From NCBI GenBank assembly GCA_944391275.1, contig CALXSZ010000021.1, positions 1-35,224 on the forward strand: a stretch of DNA of 35,224 nucleotides, given 5' to 3'. Below the pieces are notes generated by a model. It was given only the letters and a program-made list of their open reading frames with translations. It did no database searches and was not told the origin of the DNA. This DNA comes from an uncultured Syntrophomonadaceae bacterium (GTDB lineage: Bacteria; Bacillota; Syntrophomonadia; Syntrophomonadales; Syntrophomonadaceae). This document shows positions 9,511 to 21,355 of this stretch, piece by piece. Position 1 is the first letter of the stretch. Every line of letters begins with the position of its first letter. A program made the position numbers and the translations under genes.

Positions 9511-9879
9511 TTATTTCTTCTTACCGCTGACCAAACGTTTCGGTCCTTTGCGCGTCCGGGCATTCGTTTTGGTCTTCTGACCACGTACCGGTAATCCTTT
9601 CCGATGGCGAATTCCCCGATAGTTTCCCATATCCATGTAACGTTTGATATTCAGGCTTACTTCTCTGCGTAAGTCCCCTTCTACAACGTATTGTTTATCA
9701 ATCACGTTTCTTAACTTACCAACTTCTTCTTCGGTTAAATCTTTTACGCGGATATCCGGATTTACTCCTGCATCCGCTACGATTTTTTGGGCGGAGGCCC
9801 GGCCAATGCCGAAGATATACGTCAAAGCAATTTCTACGCGCTTTTCACGCGGCAAGTCTACGCCTGCAATTCTAGCCAC
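9511..9879 (-). CDS. rpsM: 30S ribosomal protein S13
   Basis: Begins [26 protein letters not shown]. Confidence 0.95.
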   Translation of the reverse strand: MARIAGVDLPREKRVEIALTYIFGIGRASAQKIVADAGVNPDIRVKDLTEEEVGKLRNVIDKQYVVEGDLRREVSLNIKRYMDMGNYRGIRHRKGLPVRGQKTKTNARTRKGPKRLVSGKKK

Positions 9880-9900
9880 TCTCCATTCACCTCCTGATGC

Positions 9901-10014
9901 TTAGCCCTGCACCTGTTTATGTTTCGGATTTTCGCAAATCACCATGACTTTTCCTTTACGGCGAATAATTTTACATTTTTCGCACATTGGTTTTACGGAC
10001 GGTCTGACTTTCAC
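9901..10014 (-). CDS. rpmJ: 50S ribosomal protein L36 (zinc-binding C-x2-C-x12-C-x4-H form), GTG start
   Basis: Not in the ORF track. Manual translation gives (M)[44 protein letters not shown] lies upstream of the GTG at 10014. Confidence 0.9.
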   Translation of the reverse strand: MKVRPSVKPMCEKCKIIRRKGKVMVICENPKHKQVQG

Positions 10015-10057
10015 TTCTTAATACCTCCTTGTTCTCTGAAAAAAGAACGTTGACTCC

Positions 10058-10276
10058 TCACTTGAAACGATACGTAATTCTTCCCCGGTTCAGGTCGTAA
10101 GGAGATAATTCTACCAAAACGCGGTCGCCCGGTAAGATTTTTATGAAATTCATTCTCATTTTCCCTGAAATATGCGTTAAAACTTTATGCCCGTTTTCCA
10201 GTTCCACGGTAAACATAGCATTGGGTAACGGTTCCAGTACAGTCCCTTCTACCTCGATCACATCATCTTTCGGCAT
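10058..10276 (-). CDS. infA: Translation initiation factor IF-1
   Basis: Begins [30 protein letters not shown] and ends RGRITYRFK. Confidence 0.95.
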   Translation of the reverse strand: MPKDDVIEVEGTVLEPLPNAMFTVELENGHKVLTHISGKMRMNFIKILPGDRVLVELSPYDLNRGRITYRFK

Positions 10277-10577
10277 TTTCTAAAGACCCCCTTTCCCCGT
10301 TCATTTTAGCTGTTTCAAGCATTTGTCGAATTGCATTTTGTATCACATAGTTCTCCGGTTTTTCCCCTTGAAGCAACGCCGCACGAAGAAAGACGTTGGT
10401 CTGGTTCGTGAGCTGTACATGCCGGGGATTTTTCTTTTTTGGTTTTTCCATCTTACGGAGCTTTCCATCAGCCAGCAGGTAAAAACCCTGTCCGTTGGTC
10501 CCAATCAGAATAAAAGCTCTGCCTTTGTCCCGACCGGTTATTGAGAAAACCAATCTGCCGGTTAACTCGTCAGACAT
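10263..10577 (-). CDS. KOW-domain RNA-binding protein (L14E/L6E/L27E-like small protein found next to infA in Clostridia-type clusters)
   Basis: 104 aa containing [27 protein letters not shown] lies 6 nt upstream of the start. Its 3' end overlaps the infA start by 14 nt. Confidence 0.7.
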   Translation of the reverse strand: MSDELTGRLVFSITGRDKGRAFILIGTNGQGFYLLADGKLRKMEKPKKKNPRHVQLTNQTNVFLRAALLQGEKPENYVIQNAIRQMLETAKMNGERGSLENAER

Positions 10578-10640
10578 GGGCTTTCACCTCTGTTCCTTTT
10601 TATTTGGCAGTCTTCTTTCAAAAGCTGCTTATCCATCATA

Positions 10641-11288
10641 CTATAACGCTTCCATTAATTTTTGCACATCGGCAAAAACCACGTTCACATCGCGATTTCC
10701 ATCCACATTTTGCAAATTTCCTTTATGGGAATAATAATCCAATAGAGGCGCCGTCTGCGCGTGATAAACTTCTAACCGGCTTTTGACGGTTTCTGGTTGG
10801 TCATCCGCACGCTGAATTAAACTTCCTCCACACTGATCGCAAATTCCCTCCGTTTTAGGCGCTTTAAATTTCGTATTATATACGGCTTTACATTGTTCAC
10901 AGCTTACCCGTCCCGCCATACGGTCAAACAGTATGTCATCCGGTACGTCAATGTTCAGTACGAGGTCAATCTTTCCATTCATACCGCTCAATATTTCATC
11001 TAAAGCAACCGCCTGCTGAACGGTTCGTGGGAACCCGTCTAATAAAAACCCGTTCGCGCAATCTGGTTCCGCTAAACGTTCCTTTACCACACCAATGGTT
11101 ACTTCGTCCGGAACCAATTTCCCGCTGTCCATATATTTTTTGGCTTCTAGTCCCATAGGAGTTTGTTGTTTGACGGCTGCCCGGAACATATCTCCTGTAG
11201 AAATATGCGGAATCGGGTAGGTTTTTTTTATGAACTCCGCTTGGGTTCCTTTTCCTGCTCCAGGAGGACCCATTAAAATAATATTCAT
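10641..11288 (-). CDS. adk: Adenylate kinase with a Cys4 zinc lid
   Basis: P-loop GPPGAGKGT. Lid motif is CEQC, 16 residues, CDQC. The start was moved to the ATG at 11288 ([10 protein letters not shown]), which is 9 nt after AGGAG; the ORF-track ATG abuts the RBS. Confidence 0.93.
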   Translation of the reverse strand: MNIILMGPPGAGKGTQAEFIKKTYPIPHISTGDMFRAAVKQQTPMGLEAKKYMDSGKLVPDEVTIGVVKERLAEPDCANGFLLDGFPRTVQQAVALDEILSGMNGKIDLVLNIDVPDDILFDRMAGRVSCEQCKAVYNTKFKAPKTEGICDQCGGSLIQRADDQPETVKSRLEVYHAQTAPLLDYYSHKGNLQNVDGNRDVNVVFADVQKLMEAL

Positions 11289-11300
11289 ATTTCTCATCTC

Positions 11301-12572
11301 CTATTTAATGAAACCTTCATAGTTTCTCAGCAGTAAATTCGATTGAATTTGTTTCATGGTATCCAAAGCAACCCCTACAACAATCAAGAGCGCCGTGCCG
11401 CCAAACCACAGTCCGCTAATGCCGGTTAGAGCAATCACAAAGTTCGGCAAGATCGCAATAATTGCCAGGAAGAAGCCCCCTGCTAATGTCAGGCGGGTTA
11501 GTACCCGATCAATATATTCAGCCGTCGGCCGGCCGGGACGAATACCCGGAATAAATCCAGCGTTTTTCTTGATGTTGTCCGCTACGTCCATCGGATTAAA
11601 AATAATCGCAACATAGAAGTAGGTAAAAAATATGATGAGCAAAGCATATACAATATTGTAAGCAACACTTCCGCTGCTAAAATATTGGTTCAAAAAGGAA
11701 TTATAAGCATTATTGGGATCCATCCACGATCCAATAATATGTGGGAAATAAACCAACGACATTGCAAAGATAATTGGAATAACGCCCGCTGAATTCACTT
11801 TCAGCGGCAGGAAAGAACTCGTTCCGCCATACATACGACGTCCCACCATTCTCTTTGCATACTGAACCGGAATTCTTCTTTGCCCTTCGTTCACAGCAAT
11901 AACGCCGACGATCACTACGACAATGACGACTAACAAGGCAATAATATTGACAACGCCAATAATTCCTCCGGTCCACTCCTGAATAATGGTGGATAATCCG
12001 CTCGGAATTCGTGCGACAATTCCGGCAAAAATCAAAAGAGAGATTCCGTTGCCCACGCCTTTTTCGGTAATCATTTCACCAATCCACATCAAAAGCAACG
12101 TTCCAGCAGTCAAAGAGATGGCAATCGAAGCGTAACCCAAAAAATTCCGTTCTTCAATCGCCCCTACGCGGGACAATACGACCGTCACGCCAATGGCTTG
12201 AATCCCGCCAAACAGAACCGTCGCATATCTCGTATATTCAGCAATTTTTTTTCGGCCTGCTTCGCCTTCTTTCCGTAGTTCTTCCAGCCTGGGAATGACA
12301 ATCGTCAAAAGCTGTAAGATAATGGAAGCATTAATATAAGGCGTAATACTCATCGCAAAAATACTAAAACGTTTAAATGCGCCACCGGAAATGGTATCAA
12401 AAAGTCCGAATAATTGCCCAGACAGCAAAGACTGAATCGCATCCGCATTAATTCCGGGAATCGGGACATGCGCCCCTAATCGGAAGACGAATAGCATAGC
12501 GATGGTAAAAAGAATTTTATTTCTTAATTGTCCTGCACGAAATGCTTGTGGAACTCGATCGCTTATGCTCAT
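11301..12572 (-). CDS. secY: Preprotein translocase subunit SecY
   Basis: 423-aa polytopic membrane protein in the conserved position between rplO and adk. It overlaps the rplO stop by 1 nt (TAATG). Confidence 0.95.
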   Translation of the reverse strand: MSISDRVPQAFRAGQLRNKILFTIAMLFVFRLGAHVPIPGINADAIQSLLSGQLFGLFDTISGGAFKRFSIFAMSITPYINASIILQLLTIVIPRLEELRKEGEAGRKKIAEYTRYATVLFGGIQAIGVTVVLSRVGAIEERNFLGYASIAISLTAGTLLLMWIGEMITEKGVGNGISLLIFAGIVARIPSGLSTIIQEWTGGIIGVVNIIALLVVIVVVIVGVIAVNEGQRRIPVQYAKRMVGRRMYGGTSSFLPLKVNSAGVIPIIFAMSLVYFPHIIGSWMDPNNAYNSFLNQYFSSGSVAYNIVYALLIIFFTYFYVAIIFNPMDVADNIKKNAGFIPGIRPGRPTAEYIDRVLTRLTLAGGFFLAIIAILPNFVIALTGISGLWFGGTALLIVVGVALDTMKQIQSNLLLRNYEGFIK

Positions 12573-13012
12573 TAAATCACCTCAATTTTGCCGCCTTTAG
12601 CTAAAACCTTTTCTTCTGCTGTTTTACTCACTTTATGCAATTTAATGGTGAAGGCTTTTTCCAACTCACCGTCGCCCAATAATTTCACGCCGTCTTTCAT
12701 CTTCTTCACTAGCCCTGCTTCTTTAAGCAATTCGGGCGTAATTTCGGTATTCGCTTCAAAAACATCCAGGTCGCCAACGTTGATAATCGCATATTCCTTC
12801 CGGAAAATATTATTAAAGCCTCTCTTTGGAATACGGCGTTGCAACGGCATCTGTCCGCCTTCAAAGCCTAACCGGGTTCCCCCGCCGGAGCGTGCTTTTT
12901 GCCCTTTATGTCCGCGGCAGGAAGTTTTTCCACGTCCGGAACCAACGCCGCGACCGACTCGTTTCGTCCTGGCATTTGCGGCTTCCGGCCCTCTCAAATC
13001 TTCTAATTTCAC
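12572..13012 (-). CDS. rplO: 50S ribosomal protein L15
   Basis: Contains [26 protein letters not shown]. Confidence 0.95.
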   Translation of the reverse strand: MKLEDLRGPEAANARTKRVGRGVGSGRGKTSCRGHKGQKARSGGGTRLGFEGGQMPLQRRIPKRGFNNIFRKEYAIINVGDLDVFEANTEITPELLKEAGLVKKMKDGVKLLGDGELEKAFTIKLHKVSKTAEEKVLAKGGKIEVI

Positions 13013-13026
13013 TGAAAGAAACCTCC

Positions 13027-13215
13027 CTATTCGTCAGCTAACTCAACCACAGTCAGTAGATGCTGAACTTTTCTGATTTGTCCGCGCAACTGCGGAGAAT
13101 CTTCTCTTACAATTGTATTGTTCAGCTTATGAAAGCCTAAACTTTTGATGGTTTTACGTTGGGTTTCGGGAAAGCCGATCCAGCTTTTGCTCCATGTAAT
13201 TTGTACCTTCGCCAA
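13027..13215 (-). CDS. rpmD: 50S ribosomal protein L30
   Basis: 62 aa, begins [14 protein letters not shown] and contains [13 protein letters not shown]. Conserved position. Confidence 0.9.
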   Translation of the reverse strand: MAKVQITWSKSWIGFPETQRKTIKSLGFHKLNNTIVREDSPQLRGQIRKVQHLLTVVELADE

Positions 13216-13229
13216 GTCGTAACCCTCCC

Positions 13230-13739
13230 TTAATTAAATATTTCTTCAACCGTTTTTCCCCGTTGACGGGCAACTTCTTCGGCACGTTTTAAACTTTTTA
13301 ATCCAGACATGGTTGCATGCACCATATTACTCGGATTCGCCGATCCCAGGGATTTGGTTAAAATATCTTTAATGCCAACGGCCTCCAGAACCGCTCGAAC
13401 CGGTCCGCCGGCAATAACGCCCGTACCTGCGGAAGCCGGTTTTAATAAAACTTCTCCCGCACCAAAACATCCGTTGACCGCATGCGGAATGGTTCTTTCC
13501 TCAATCAACGGGATTTCGATCATATTCTTCTTCGCATTTTCGACCGCTTTGCGGATAGCTTCGGGAACTTCAGCCGCTTTTCCTTTGCCCACTCCGACTT
13601 TTCCGGCGCCATTTCCAACGACCATCAGCGCGCTGAAACTAAAGCGGCGTCCGCCTTTTACAACTTTCGCCACACGTCTGATGGTCACCATGTTTTCTAT
13701 AAGTTCCGGAGCAGTCTGTTCTTTTTCCACGTATGCCAC
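13230..13739 (-). CDS. rpsE: 30S ribosomal protein S5
   Basis: Contains [24 protein letters not shown]. Confidence 0.95.
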   Translation of the reverse strand: MAYVEKEQTAPELIENMVTIRRVAKVVKGGRRFSFSALMVVGNGAGKVGVGKGKAAEVPEAIRKAVENAKKNMIEIPLIEERTIPHAVNGCFGAGEVLLKPASAGTGVIAGGPVRAVLEAVGIKDILTKSLGSANPSNMVHATMSGLKSLKRAEEVARQRGKTVEEIFN

Positions 13740-13762
13740 GTTCTACTTTCCTCCTGTTCTCC

Positions 13763-14128
13763 TTAGAATTCAAGTCCGCCTTCACGAGCGGCATCCGCAA
13801 GAGCCGCTACGCGGCCTTGATATCTGCGGCCGTTACGATCAAACACAACCGTGGTGATGCCCTTTTCTTTAGCTTTTTCAGCAATTTTCAAACCAACTTG
13901 TCTGGCCGCTTCCATATTGGTTTTGCTTTCCAATCCGTCCATATCCGCAGTGAGCGTTGACGCCGCCGCTAATGTTACTCCCTTTTCGTCATCAATGACC
14001 TGTGCATAAATATGGTGCAAGGAAATATTAATACAGAGTCTGGGGGATTCGGCAGTACCAGAAACTTTCCGGCGAATTCTTCTGTGTCGTTTTTGCTGCG
14101 CTGCTTTTTTATCGAAATTTTTAATCAA
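13763..14128 (-). CDS. rplR: 50S ribosomal protein L18
   Basis: Contains [45 protein letters not shown]. Confidence 0.95.
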   Translation of the reverse strand: MIKNFDKKAAQQKRHRRIRRKVSGTAESPRLCINISLHHIYAQVIDDEKGVTLAAASTLTADMDGLESKTNMEAARQVGLKIAEKAKEKGITTVVFDRNGRRYQGRVAALADAAREGGLEF

Positions 14129-14147
14129 ATTCTCTCACCTCTTCAAA

Positions 14148-14690
14148 CTACTTCTTACCGCCGGCCTTACCTGCTTTACGGCGAATAACTTCGTTCTCGT
14201 ACTTGATTCCCTTACCTTTATACGGTTCCGGTTCACGAATCGCCCGAATATGCGCCGCCGTGTTTCCTACTAATTGTTTGTCAATGCCTTTCACCGTAAT
14301 TTTCGTGGGAGCTGGCACCTCAAATTCAATCCCTGCGGGGGCTTCAACTTCTACTGGGTGAGAAAAACCAACGTTAACGACTAATTTTTTCCCTTGCATC
14401 TGCGCACGGTACCCTACGCCAACCATTTCCATTTTCTTTTCAAATCCCGAAACAACTCCGGTAACCATGTTGGCTAATAATGCGCGGCTCAATCCGTGTA
14501 GCGCTCTATGTTTTTTAGCGTCAGAGGGACGTTCCACACGTAAGACCCCGTCTTCCAATATCACACTGATATCTTCGGGGATGGCTTGGGTCAGTTGCCC
14601 TTTCGGACCTTTGACGGTCACCACATTCCCGTCAACCTTTACTTCAACCCCTGCGGGCAGGCTGATAGGTTTTCTACCTATTCTGGACAC
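14148..14690 (-). CDS. rplF: 50S ribosomal protein L6
   Basis: Begins [22 protein letters not shown] and contains [11 protein letters not shown]. Confidence 0.95.
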   Translation of the reverse strand: MSRIGRKPISLPAGVEVKVDGNVVTVKGPKGQLTQAIPEDISVILEDGVLRVERPSDAKKHRALHGLSRALLANMVTGVVSGFEKKMEMVGVGYRAQMQGKKLVVNVGFSHPVEVEAPAGIEFEVPAPTKITVKGIDKQLVGNTAAHIRAIREPEPYKGKGIKYENEVIRRKAGKAGGKK

Positions 14691-14708
14691 TTTAAATTCC
14701 TCCTTTCG

Positions 14709-15107
14709 CTACCAAATGTAACAAATAACTTCGCCGCCAAGACCCGCTTGACGGGCTTTTTTATCAGTCATAACGCCTTTAGACGTAGAAATAATCGCCG
14801 TACCCAAACCGCCTAACACTTTAGGCACTTCATCTTTTTGTACATAAACCCGTAAACCCGGTTTACTGATGCGTTTAATTCCGCTAATAACCTTTTCCTT
14901 TTTCGAACCATATTTTAAATATACTCGGATGATCCCCTGTTTTCCGTCTTCAACCACTTCGAAATTCTTGATATAGCCCTCGTTAAGGAGAATTTCGGCA
15001 ATGGCTACTTTCATTTTGGAATTGGGGGCTTCAATCTTCGCATGCATGACCATGTTGCCGTTTCTGATACGCGTCAGAAAATCAGCGATCGGATCAGTCA
15101 TGACCAT
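14709..15107 (-). CDS. rpsH: 30S ribosomal protein S8
   Basis: Contains [15 protein letters not shown] and ends [14 protein letters not shown] lies 8 nt upstream of the ATG at 15107. Confidence 0.95.
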   Translation of the reverse strand: MVMTDPIADFLTRIRNGNMVMHAKIEAPNSKMKVAIAEILLNEGYIKNFEVVEDGKQGIIRVYLKYGSKKEKVISGIKRISKPGLRVYVQKDEVPKVLGGLGTAIISTSKGVMTDKKARQAGLGGEVICYIW

Positions 15108-15138
15108 CGTTTTTACCTCCTTATATCAGTTGGATTTT

Positions 15139-15324
15139 TTACCAACTGGATTTTGTAACACCGGGCAATTCTCCCTGATGCGCCATTTCACGGAAGCAAA
15201 TTCTGCAAATGCCGAATTTGCGCATATACGAATGCGGACGCCCACAGATTCTACAGCGGTTGTACTCCCGAACTTCAAATTTCTGTGGCCGAGCCGCCTT
15301 AATTTTCATCGCTTTTTTTGCCAC
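15139..15324 (-). CDS. rpsN: 30S ribosomal protein S14 type Z (zinc form, CxxC...CxxC), GTG start
   Basis: Contains [23 protein letters not shown]. The GTG at 15324 is 8 nt after AGGAGG, while the ORF-track GTG at 15330 is only 2 nt after it. This gives the 61-aa length typical of type Z. Confidence 0.9.
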   Translation of the reverse strand: MAKKAMKIKAARPQKFEVREYNRCRICGRPHSYMRKFGICRICFREMAHQGELPGVTKSSW

Positions 15325-15336
15325 GCTCACAACCTC

Positions 15337-15873
15337 CTATCTGAATGGCATTCCCATATCTTTCAATAACGTTCTCGCTTCTTCATCGGTGTGGGCGGTG
15401 GTTACAATCACGACTTCCAGCCCTCTGATTTTATCAATTTTATCAAATTCGATCTCTGGGAAAATCGTCTGTTCTTTGATGCCTAAGGAATAGTTTCCGC
15501 GGCCGTCAAAAGCCTGTGGGGAAATCCCTCGAAAGTCTCTTACACGCGGAAGAACGATATTAATCAATTTGTCTAAAAATTGATACATCCGTTCGCCCCG
15601 CAAGGTCACTTTGCAACCAATCGCCATTCCCTCGCGCAATTTGAATCCTGCGATGGATTTTTTCGCTTTCGTAACAATCGGTTTTTGACCGGTGATCATG
15701 GTTAAATCGTTGACCGCTCCGTCAATGGCCTTACTATTTTGTACGGCTTCTCCCACGCCGATATTGACAACGATTTTCTCAATTTTAGGGATCTGCATGA
15801 CATTTTTATAACCAAATTGTTCCTTCAATTTGGGCATAATTTCACTTACATATCTTTCCTGTAAAGTGGACAT
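15337..15873 (-). CDS. rplE: 50S ribosomal protein L5
   Basis: Contains [27 protein letters not shown] and PRVRDFRG. Confidence 0.95.
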   Translation of the reverse strand: MSTLQERYVSEIMPKLKEQFGYKNVMQIPKIEKIVVNIGVGEAVQNSKAIDGAVNDLTMITGQKPIVTKAKKSIAGFKLREGMAIGCKVTLRGERMYQFLDKLINIVLPRVRDFRGISPQAFDGRGNYSLGIKEQTIFPEIEFDKIDKIRGLEVVIVTTAHTDEEARTLLKDMGMPFR

Positions 15874-15905
15874 GAAAAAATAAACCTCCCTTCTCTAGGG
15901 TTTTC

Positions 15906-16217
15906 TTATTCGATGGTATCGCCCGTTACTTTACTGTATCTGACCTTCTCGCCAGTCTTTAAAACTTTGTGTCCAATACGGGTCGGACGATTCGCTTTTG
16001 AATCCAGATACATGACATTGGAAACATGAATCGGCGCTTCCACGCTCAAAATTCCTCCTTGCGGATTTGAACGGTTCGGTTTTTGATGCCGTTTCACTTT
16101 ATTAGCGCCTTCTACAACAACCCGGTTGGTTTTCGGATTTACAGCAAGCACTTTGCCTCTTTTTCCCTTATCTTTTCCAGCGATGATTACGACCGTATCG
16201 CCTTTTTTGATATTCAT
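15906..16217 (-). CDS. rplX: 50S ribosomal protein L24
   Basis: Begins [24 protein letters not shown] (KOW motif). Confidence 0.95.
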   Translation of the reverse strand: MNIKKGDTVVIIAGKDKGKRGKVLAVNPKTNRVVVEGANKVKRHQKPNRSNPQGGILSVEAPIHVSNVMYLDSKANRPTRIGHKVLKTGEKVRYSKVTGDTIE

Positions 16218-16235
16218 CCTTTCACCTCCAACCGA

Positions 16236-16604
16236 TCACAAAACTTCCGGAGCTAAAGAAACAATCTTCATAAAATTGTTTTCGCGCAACTCTCTAGCTA
16301 CTGGTCCAAAAATACGTGTTCCCTTGGGTTCTCCATTATCATTAATAATAACGGCTGCATTTTCGGAAAACGCAATATACGAACCGTCGGGCCGACGAGT
16401 TTCTCGTTTGGTGCGAACGACAACCGCTTTCACCACGTCGCCTTTTTTCACAATTCCTCCCGGAGCCGCTTCTTTTACAGCCACAACAATAACGTCTCCG
16501 ACGGTTGCATATCTTCTTCCGGAACCGCCTAATATTTTAATGCAAAGAACTTTCTTTGCTCCCGTATTATCGCCAACCTGCAATATCGTTTCTTGCTGAA
16601 TCAT
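16236..16604 (-). CDS. rplN: 50S ribosomal protein L14
   Basis: Begins [28 protein letters not shown]. Confidence 0.95.
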   Translation of the reverse strand: MIQQETILQVGDNTGAKKVLCIKILGGSGRRYATVGDVIVVAVKEAAPGGIVKKGDVVKAVVVRTKRETRRPDGSYIAFSENAAVIINDNGEPKGTRIFGPVARELRENNFMKIVSLAPEVL

Positions 16605-16638
16605 AGAATTGAAACCTCCCTTCTTTTAAGCCGATATT

Positions 16639-16908
16639 TTAACCTAACGTTTCGGCTTTCTTCACAATTTCCATCAGGGTGAATCGTTTGTCCTTGCTCA
16701 AAGGTCTCGTTTCTATAATTTTAACGACGTCGCCGACTTTGGCCTCGTTATGTTCATCATGAACTTTGTATTTTTTACTGGTTTTAATAATTTTTTTATA
16801 CAACGGATGCTGTTTCACGGTCTCAATTTTGACAGTGATGGTCTTTTCCATTTTGTCACTGGTAACCGTGCCAATCCGAATTTTCCTGTTCACCTGGTTT
16901 TCAGCCAC
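16639..16908 (-). CDS. rpsQ: 30S ribosomal protein S17
   Basis: Contains [17 protein letters not shown] and [11 protein letters not shown]. Confidence 0.95.
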   Translation of the reverse strand: MAENQVNRKIRIGTVTSDKMEKTITVKIETVKQHPLYKKIIKTSKKYKVHDEHNEAKVGDVVKIIETRPLSKDKRFTLMEIVKKAETLG

Positions 16909-16922
16909 CTTGAGGCCTCCTT

Positions 16923-17138
16923 TTAAGCTTGTTCCTTGGCAATTTCGCGCTGACGCAAAACCGTCTTACAACGTGCAATGTTCTTTTTAATTTCTCTTAA
17001 TTTGCCCGGGTTGCTCACCTGGCCTGTAACCATCTGAAAACGAAGATTAAATAATTCTTCCTTAAAGTCTGAAACTTGCTTTAAGATTTCTTCGTCGGTT
17101 AGCTCTCTAATTTTTTCAGCTGTCACTAACCTCACCAC
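16923..17138 (-). CDS. rpmC: 50S ribosomal protein L29; the exact start is uncertain
   Basis: Contains [27 protein letters not shown]. The ORF-track GTG at 17138 overlaps the rplP 3' end. An in-frame GTG at 17126 would give a 67-aa protein. Confidence 0.85.
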   Translation of the reverse strand: MVRLVTAEKIRELTDEEILKQVSDFKEELFNLRFQMVTGQVSNPGKLREIKKNIARCKTVLRQREIAKEQA

Positions 17139-17550
17139 CCATTTCTTCTCTTTTTATAAACTTGCACTTTACCGGCAATTTATGCGACGCCAAGCGCATG
17201 GCTTCTTTTGCAACTTCTTCATTTACGCCGGATAATTCGAACATGACCCGGCCGGGTTTTACAACCGCAACCCATTGTTCCGGCGTACCTTTTCCTTTCC
17301 CCATACGGGTTTCAGCAGGTTTTGCCGTAATCGGGCGATCAGGGAAAATTTTGATCCATAATTTCCCGCCTCTTTTAATGTAACGGTTAATCGCAATACG
17401 CGCGGCTTCAATTTGTCGGTTCGTCACCCAAGCGGCGCTTTGCGCTTGTAAACCAAATTCGCCGTAAGCCACTTTGTTTCCTTTATGTGCAGCACCCTTC
17501 AAACTCGGACGATGCTGTTTTCTGTATTTGACTCTCTTAGGGGTAAGCAT
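17116..17550 (-). CDS. rplP: 50S ribosomal protein L16
   Basis: Begins [14 protein letters not shown] and contains [23 protein letters not shown]. Confidence 0.95.
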   Translation of the reverse strand: MLTPKRVKYRKQHRPSLKGAAHKGNKVAYGEFGLQAQSAAWVTNRQIEAARIAINRYIKRGGKLWIKIFPDRPITAKPAETRMGKGKGTPEQWVAVVKPGRVMFELSGVNEEVAKEAMRLASHKLPVKCKFIKREEMGGEVSDS

Positions 17551-18224
17551 TACTGTACTGCCTCCTCCGCAATTTTCTGATCAGGGCGTTTTTTCGGTTC
17601 CGGTAAAACCTCGCCACGGTTAATCCATACTTTAATTCCTAGTTTTCCATACGTGGTGTTTGCTTCTGCAAACCCATAATCCACATCGGCTCGCAGCGTG
17701 TGCAACGGAACTTTTCCGTCAGATTGCCACTCGGCACGGGCAATTTCCGCTCCACCCAAACGACCGGATACAGCGACTTTAATTCCCACAGCGCCCATTT
17801 TCATCGACCGTTGAATAGCTTGCTTAATCGCTCTGCGGTAAGAAGCCCTCTTTTCCAACTGTTGGGCAATGCCTTCGGCAACAATCTGCGCATCCAATTC
17901 CGGTTTTTTGATCTCTTGGATATTAATATTCACGGTTTTTCCCGTCATTTTTGTTAATTCCGCTTTGATTTTTTCGACTTCTGCTCCGCCCCGGCCGATG
18001 ACAATCCCCGGTTTGGCGGTGTGAATGGTCACGCGTAAGCGATTGGCCGTGCGCTGAATTTCTACCCGGGAAATGCCCGCTGCGTAGAATTGATCTTTTA
18101 CATAATGTCTAACTTTATAATCTTCAAAAATTAGATCGGTATAATTCCGATCGGCGTACCAATTCGAATCCCACGTTTTGATGACGCCAATACGAAATCC
18201 TTTCGGATGAACCTTCTGTCCCAC
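17550..18224 (-). CDS. rpsC: 30S ribosomal protein S3
   Basis: Begins [24 protein letters not shown] and contains a KH domain (GIVIGRGG). Confidence 0.95.
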   Translation of the reverse strand: MGQKVHPKGFRIGVIKTWDSNWYADRNYTDLIFEDYKVRHYVKDQFYAAGISRVEIQRTANRLRVTIHTAKPGIVIGRGGAEVEKIKAELTKMTGKTVNINIQEIKKPELDAQIVAEGIAQQLEKRASYRRAIKQAIQRSMKMGAVGIKVAVSGRLGGAEIARAEWQSDGKVPLHTLRADVDYGFAEANTTYGKLGIKVWINRGEVLPEPKKRPDQKIAEEAVQ

Positions 18225-18565
18225 TATTTAACCTCCCTTTCCTTCAGAACCACCGAAATATGACTCGTGCGATGTTTTTTAATATCCGCTCTCCCGTGTG
18301 CTCTGGGGTTTAATCTTTTAAAGGAAGGCCCTTCATCCACCCTAATTTCAGATACATAGAGCTTTTCTACATTCATATCAAAATTCGTTTCCGCATTGGC
18401 TGCCGCTGATTTGATCAATTTAAACAGCCAAGGGGAAGTTTTTTTCGTGGAATATCTTAAAATGCCATAGGCTTCTTTCAGGTCTTTGCCTCTTACCAAA
18501 TCTGCTACCTGACGAGCCTTCATAGGAGATACTCTTAAATAGCGAACGCTCGCTTTTGATTCCAT
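18224..18565 (-). CDS. rplV: 50S ribosomal protein L22
   Basis: Contains [19 protein letters not shown] and [17 protein letters not shown]. Confidence 0.95.
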   Translation of the reverse strand: MESKASVRYLRVSPMKARQVADLVRGKDLKEAYGILRYSTKKTSPWLFKLIKSAAANAETNFDMNVEKLYVSEIRVDEGPSFKRLNPRAHGRADIKKHRTSHISVVLKEREVK

Positions 18566-18582
18566 GGTTTCCTCCTCCTTCT

Positions 18583-18864
18583 TTAGCCTCTGCCAGATTT
18601 TTCAGATTTGCCTGCATGGCCTCGATATGTTCTGGTCGGTGCAAACTCGCCTAATTTCAGTCCCACCATTTCTTCCGTAATATATACAGGAATATGCTTT
18701 CTTCCGTCATGAACCGCTAATGTATGCCCAACCATTTGAGGCATAATTGTTGAACGGCGCGACCAAGTTTTCAGTACTTGGTGGTCGCCGCTTTCATTCA
18801 TGGCTTCAATTTTTTTCAAAAGTTTTTCCTCACAATAAGGTCCTTTTTTGATTGACCTCGCCAT
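18583..18864 (-). CDS. rpsS: 30S ribosomal protein S19
   Basis: Begins [18 protein letters not shown] and contains [28 protein letters not shown]. Confidence 0.95.
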   Translation of the reverse strand: MARSIKKGPYCEEKLLKKIEAMNESGDHQVLKTWSRRSTIMPQMVGHTLAVHDGRKHIPVYITEEMVGLKLGEFAPTRTYRGHAGKSEKSGRG

Positions 18865-18920
18865 TGAAAGACCTCCTCATTTTATTCGCTCAACTGCTTT
18901 TTATATTTCAAGCAGTTTCC

Positions 18921-19751
18921 TTATTTTCCGTTTCTACGTCGAACGATCATACGGTCCGAAGGCTTTTTCCGTCGTGTCTTGCCGCCGATCGCAATTTTAC
19001 CCCATGGAGAAACCGGATATTTTCGTCCAACCGGCGCTCTACCTTCACCGCCGCCATGCGGATGGTCCGGCGGATTCATAACGGATCCCCGAACGGCCGG
19101 ACGAATGCCCAACCAACGACTACGCCCAGCTTTCCCTAAATTGACGTTTTCATATTCCAAATTGCCGACTTGACCAATCGTTGCCCGACAATTCAGGTGA
19201 ACTAAACGGACTTCTCCGGATGGGAGGCGTACATGCGCATAATTTCCTTCCTTGGCCATGAGCTGTGCAACTGCGCCGGCGCTTCTTACCATTTGCCCGC
19301 CCTTTCCGGGTCGCAATTCGATATTGTGGATCAAAGTTCCCACGGGAATATCTTTTAAATACAGCGTATTTCCGGTTTTAATATCCGCTGCGGATCCGGC
19401 TTCTACGACGTCGCCCACTTTCAAGCCATGCGGTGCAACAATATATGCTTTGGCTCCGTCCGCATAGTGCAGCAATGCAATATTGGCGGAACGGTTCGGA
19501 TCGTATTGCAGTGACGCCACCTTAGCCGGAATCCCCTCTTTATTCCGCTTAAAGTCGATCACGCGATATAATCTTTTATGTCCTCCGCCTTGATGTCGGA
19601 CAGTCAAACGGCCTTGCGCATTTCTGCCGGCTTTACTTTTCAAGCTCGTCGTCAAACTCTTTTCCGGCCGATTTTTACTCAATTCGTCCCAAGTCAGAAC
19701 AGTCATTTGTCGTCTGCTCGGGGTGGTTGGCTTAAATTTTTTAATAGCCAT
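18921..19751 (-). CDS. rplB: 50S ribosomal protein L2
   Basis: Begins [14 protein letters not shown] and contains [14 protein letters not shown]. Confidence 0.95.
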   Translation of the reverse strand: MAIKKFKPTTPSRRQMTVLTWDELSKNRPEKSLTTSLKSKAGRNAQGRLTVRHQGGGHKRLYRVIDFKRNKEGIPAKVASLQYDPNRSANIALLHYADGAKAYIVAPHGLKVGDVVEAGSAADIKTGNTLYLKDIPVGTLIHNIELRPGKGGQMVRSAGAVAQLMAKEGNYAHVRLPSGEVRLVHLNCRATIGQVGNLEYENVNLGKAGRSRWLGIRPAVRGSVMNPPDHPHGGGEGRAPVGRKYPVSPWGKIAIGGKTRRKKPSDRMIVRRRNGK

Positions 19752-19784
19752 TTTTCATCACTCCTTATAGCGCTGGAAAAGCCC

Positions 19785-20072
19785 TTACATACTTTCAAAC
19801 AACTGGATCGTCTGACCCGGTTTCAAAGAAACAATCGCTTTTTTCTTATCCGACGTTTTCCCCGTAAAACGACCGACGCGTTTGGGTTTTCCTTTGACAT
19901 GAATCGTGTTTACCTGTAAAACTTCTACATCAAAAATCTTTTCGATCGCATTTTTGATTTCCGTTTTATTGGCGCGGGTGTCTACAAAAAACGTATATTT
20001 GTTGTCTGCCTGCAAATCCATGGATTTTTCGGTAATAACCGGTTTGATAATGATATCTCTGTAATCTTTCAT
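19785..20072 (-). CDS. rplW: 50S ribosomal protein L23
   Basis: Contains [24 protein letters not shown]. Confidence 0.95.
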   Translation of the reverse strand: MKDYRDIIIKPVITEKSMDLQADNKYTFFVDTRANKTEIKNAIEKIFDVEVLQVNTIHVKGKPKRVGRFTGKTSDKKKAIVSLKPGQTIQLFESM

Positions 20073-20695
20073 TATGCAAACACCTCCTCAATCCGTGTAA
20101 CTGCATCTTGTGTCAGAACCAGTGTCCGGCAGTTTAAAATATCATAAACGCTCATGTAATCTGCTTTTACCGGACGAACCCCCTCAATATTACGAGCCGA
20201 TTTATAGACGTTCTCATTGGTTCCACCCGTTACAAGCAACGCTTTTCCTGTAACATTCAATGCTTTTAAAGCTTCTGCCATCACTTTTGTTTTAGGCGCT
20301 TCTAAATCAAATTGATCCACAACAATCAATCTTTCTTCCAAAACTTTATCCGAAAGAACAGATTTCATGGCTAGTCTTCTCACTTTACGGGGAAGCGTAT
20401 ATTCATATGATCTGGGCTTTGGTCCAAAGACCGTGCCGCCGTGCCGCCAAATCGGGTTTCGCGTACTTCCTACGCGGGCCCGCCCCGTTCCTTTCTGCCG
20501 CCACGGTTTTTTCCCGCCGCCGCTCACCTCTGCACGCGTTTTTGTACAGGCGGTTCCGACTCGTTTATTGGCTAGTTGCATTTTAACGAATTCGTACACT
20601 ACGTCTTCGTTGGGTTCTATGCCAAAAACGCCGTCGTTTAAATCTATATCTCCGATTTGCTCTCCGCGCATATTATATAACGCAACTTTCGGCAT
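20072..20695 (-). CDS. rplD: 50S ribosomal protein L4
   Basis: Contains [16 protein letters not shown]. The start was moved to the ATG at 20695 ([13 protein letters not shown]), 8 nt after AAGGAGG; the ORF-track TTG includes the RBS. Confidence 0.93.
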   Translation of the reverse strand: MPKVALYNMRGEQIGDIDLNDGVFGIEPNEDVVYEFVKMQLANKRVGTACTKTRAEVSGGGKKPWRQKGTGRARVGSTRNPIWRHGGTVFGPKPRSYEYTLPRKVRRLAMKSVLSDKVLEERLIVVDQFDLEAPKTKVMAEALKALNVTGKALLVTGGTNENVYKSARNIEGVRPVKADYMSVYDILNCRTLVLTQDAVTRIEEVFA

Positions 20696-20719
20696 TCTTT
20701 TGTCCTCCTTATCATGCAA

Positions 20720-21355
20720 CTATGCCTTGACGGCATTTTTTATAATAACCAAGCCTTTTTTCGGACCTGGGATTGCACCTTTTATTAAAATAACATTCTT
20801 TTCCGGAATTACTTTAACCACTTTCAGCGACTGAACGGTTACCCGGTCGCCGCCCATATGTCCTGGCATTTTTCTGCCGCGGAAAACCCGCGCCGGCCCC
20901 ATAGCATTCAAAGACCCAGTTCTACGATGGTATTTGGAACCATGCCCCATGGACCCTCTGGAAAAATTATGGCGTTTTACAGCGCCTGCAAAGCCTTTTC
21001 CTTTGGATGTTCCTACTACATCGACCAGCTCACCTTCTGCAAATACATCCACGTTAATTTCCGCGCCCAATTCATATCCAGAGATATCTTGCAAGCGGAA
21101 TTCACGAATATAGCGCAGCGGTTTCACTTGCGCTTTTTTAAAATGTCCCATTTCCGGTTTGGTAGTACGACTTTCTTTTTTTGCGCAAAAACCAACTTGT
21201 ATGGCGTCATATCCATCGGTTTCAACGGTTTTTTTCTGAAGCACTCGATTCGGCTCCGCTTCAACAATCGTTACCGGAATCGCTTTGGCGTCTTCAGAGA
21301 AAATTTGGGTCATTCCCACTTTTTTCCCCATGATCGCTTTCACTAATTTCGACAA
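20720..21355 (-). CDS. rplC: 50S ribosomal protein L3, TTG start
   Basis: Contains [10 protein letters not shown] and [10 protein letters not shown]. The TTG at 21355 is 8 nt after AGGAGGG. Confidence 0.92.
   Translation of the reverse strand: MSKLVKAIMGKKVGMTQIFSEDAKAIPVTIVEAEPNRVLQKKTVETDGYDAIQVGFCAKKESRTTKPEMGHFKKAQVKPLRYIREFRLQDISGYELGAEINVDVFAEGELVDVVGTSKGKGFAGAVKRHNFSRGSMGHGSKYHRRTGSLNAMGPARVFRGRKMPGHMGGDRVTVQSLKVVKVIPEKNVILIKGAIPGPKKGLVIIKNAVKA

Noticed and set aside
12588-13076. Long plus-strand ORFs opposite ribosomal and other genes (also 1196-1747, 13309-13857, 16126-16599, 20367-20834, 20858-21346, 24509-25012)
   Set aside because: These are shadow ORFs antisense to well-supported conserved genes. 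Their translations are low-complexity with no recognisable motifs and no Shine-Dalgarno sequences.
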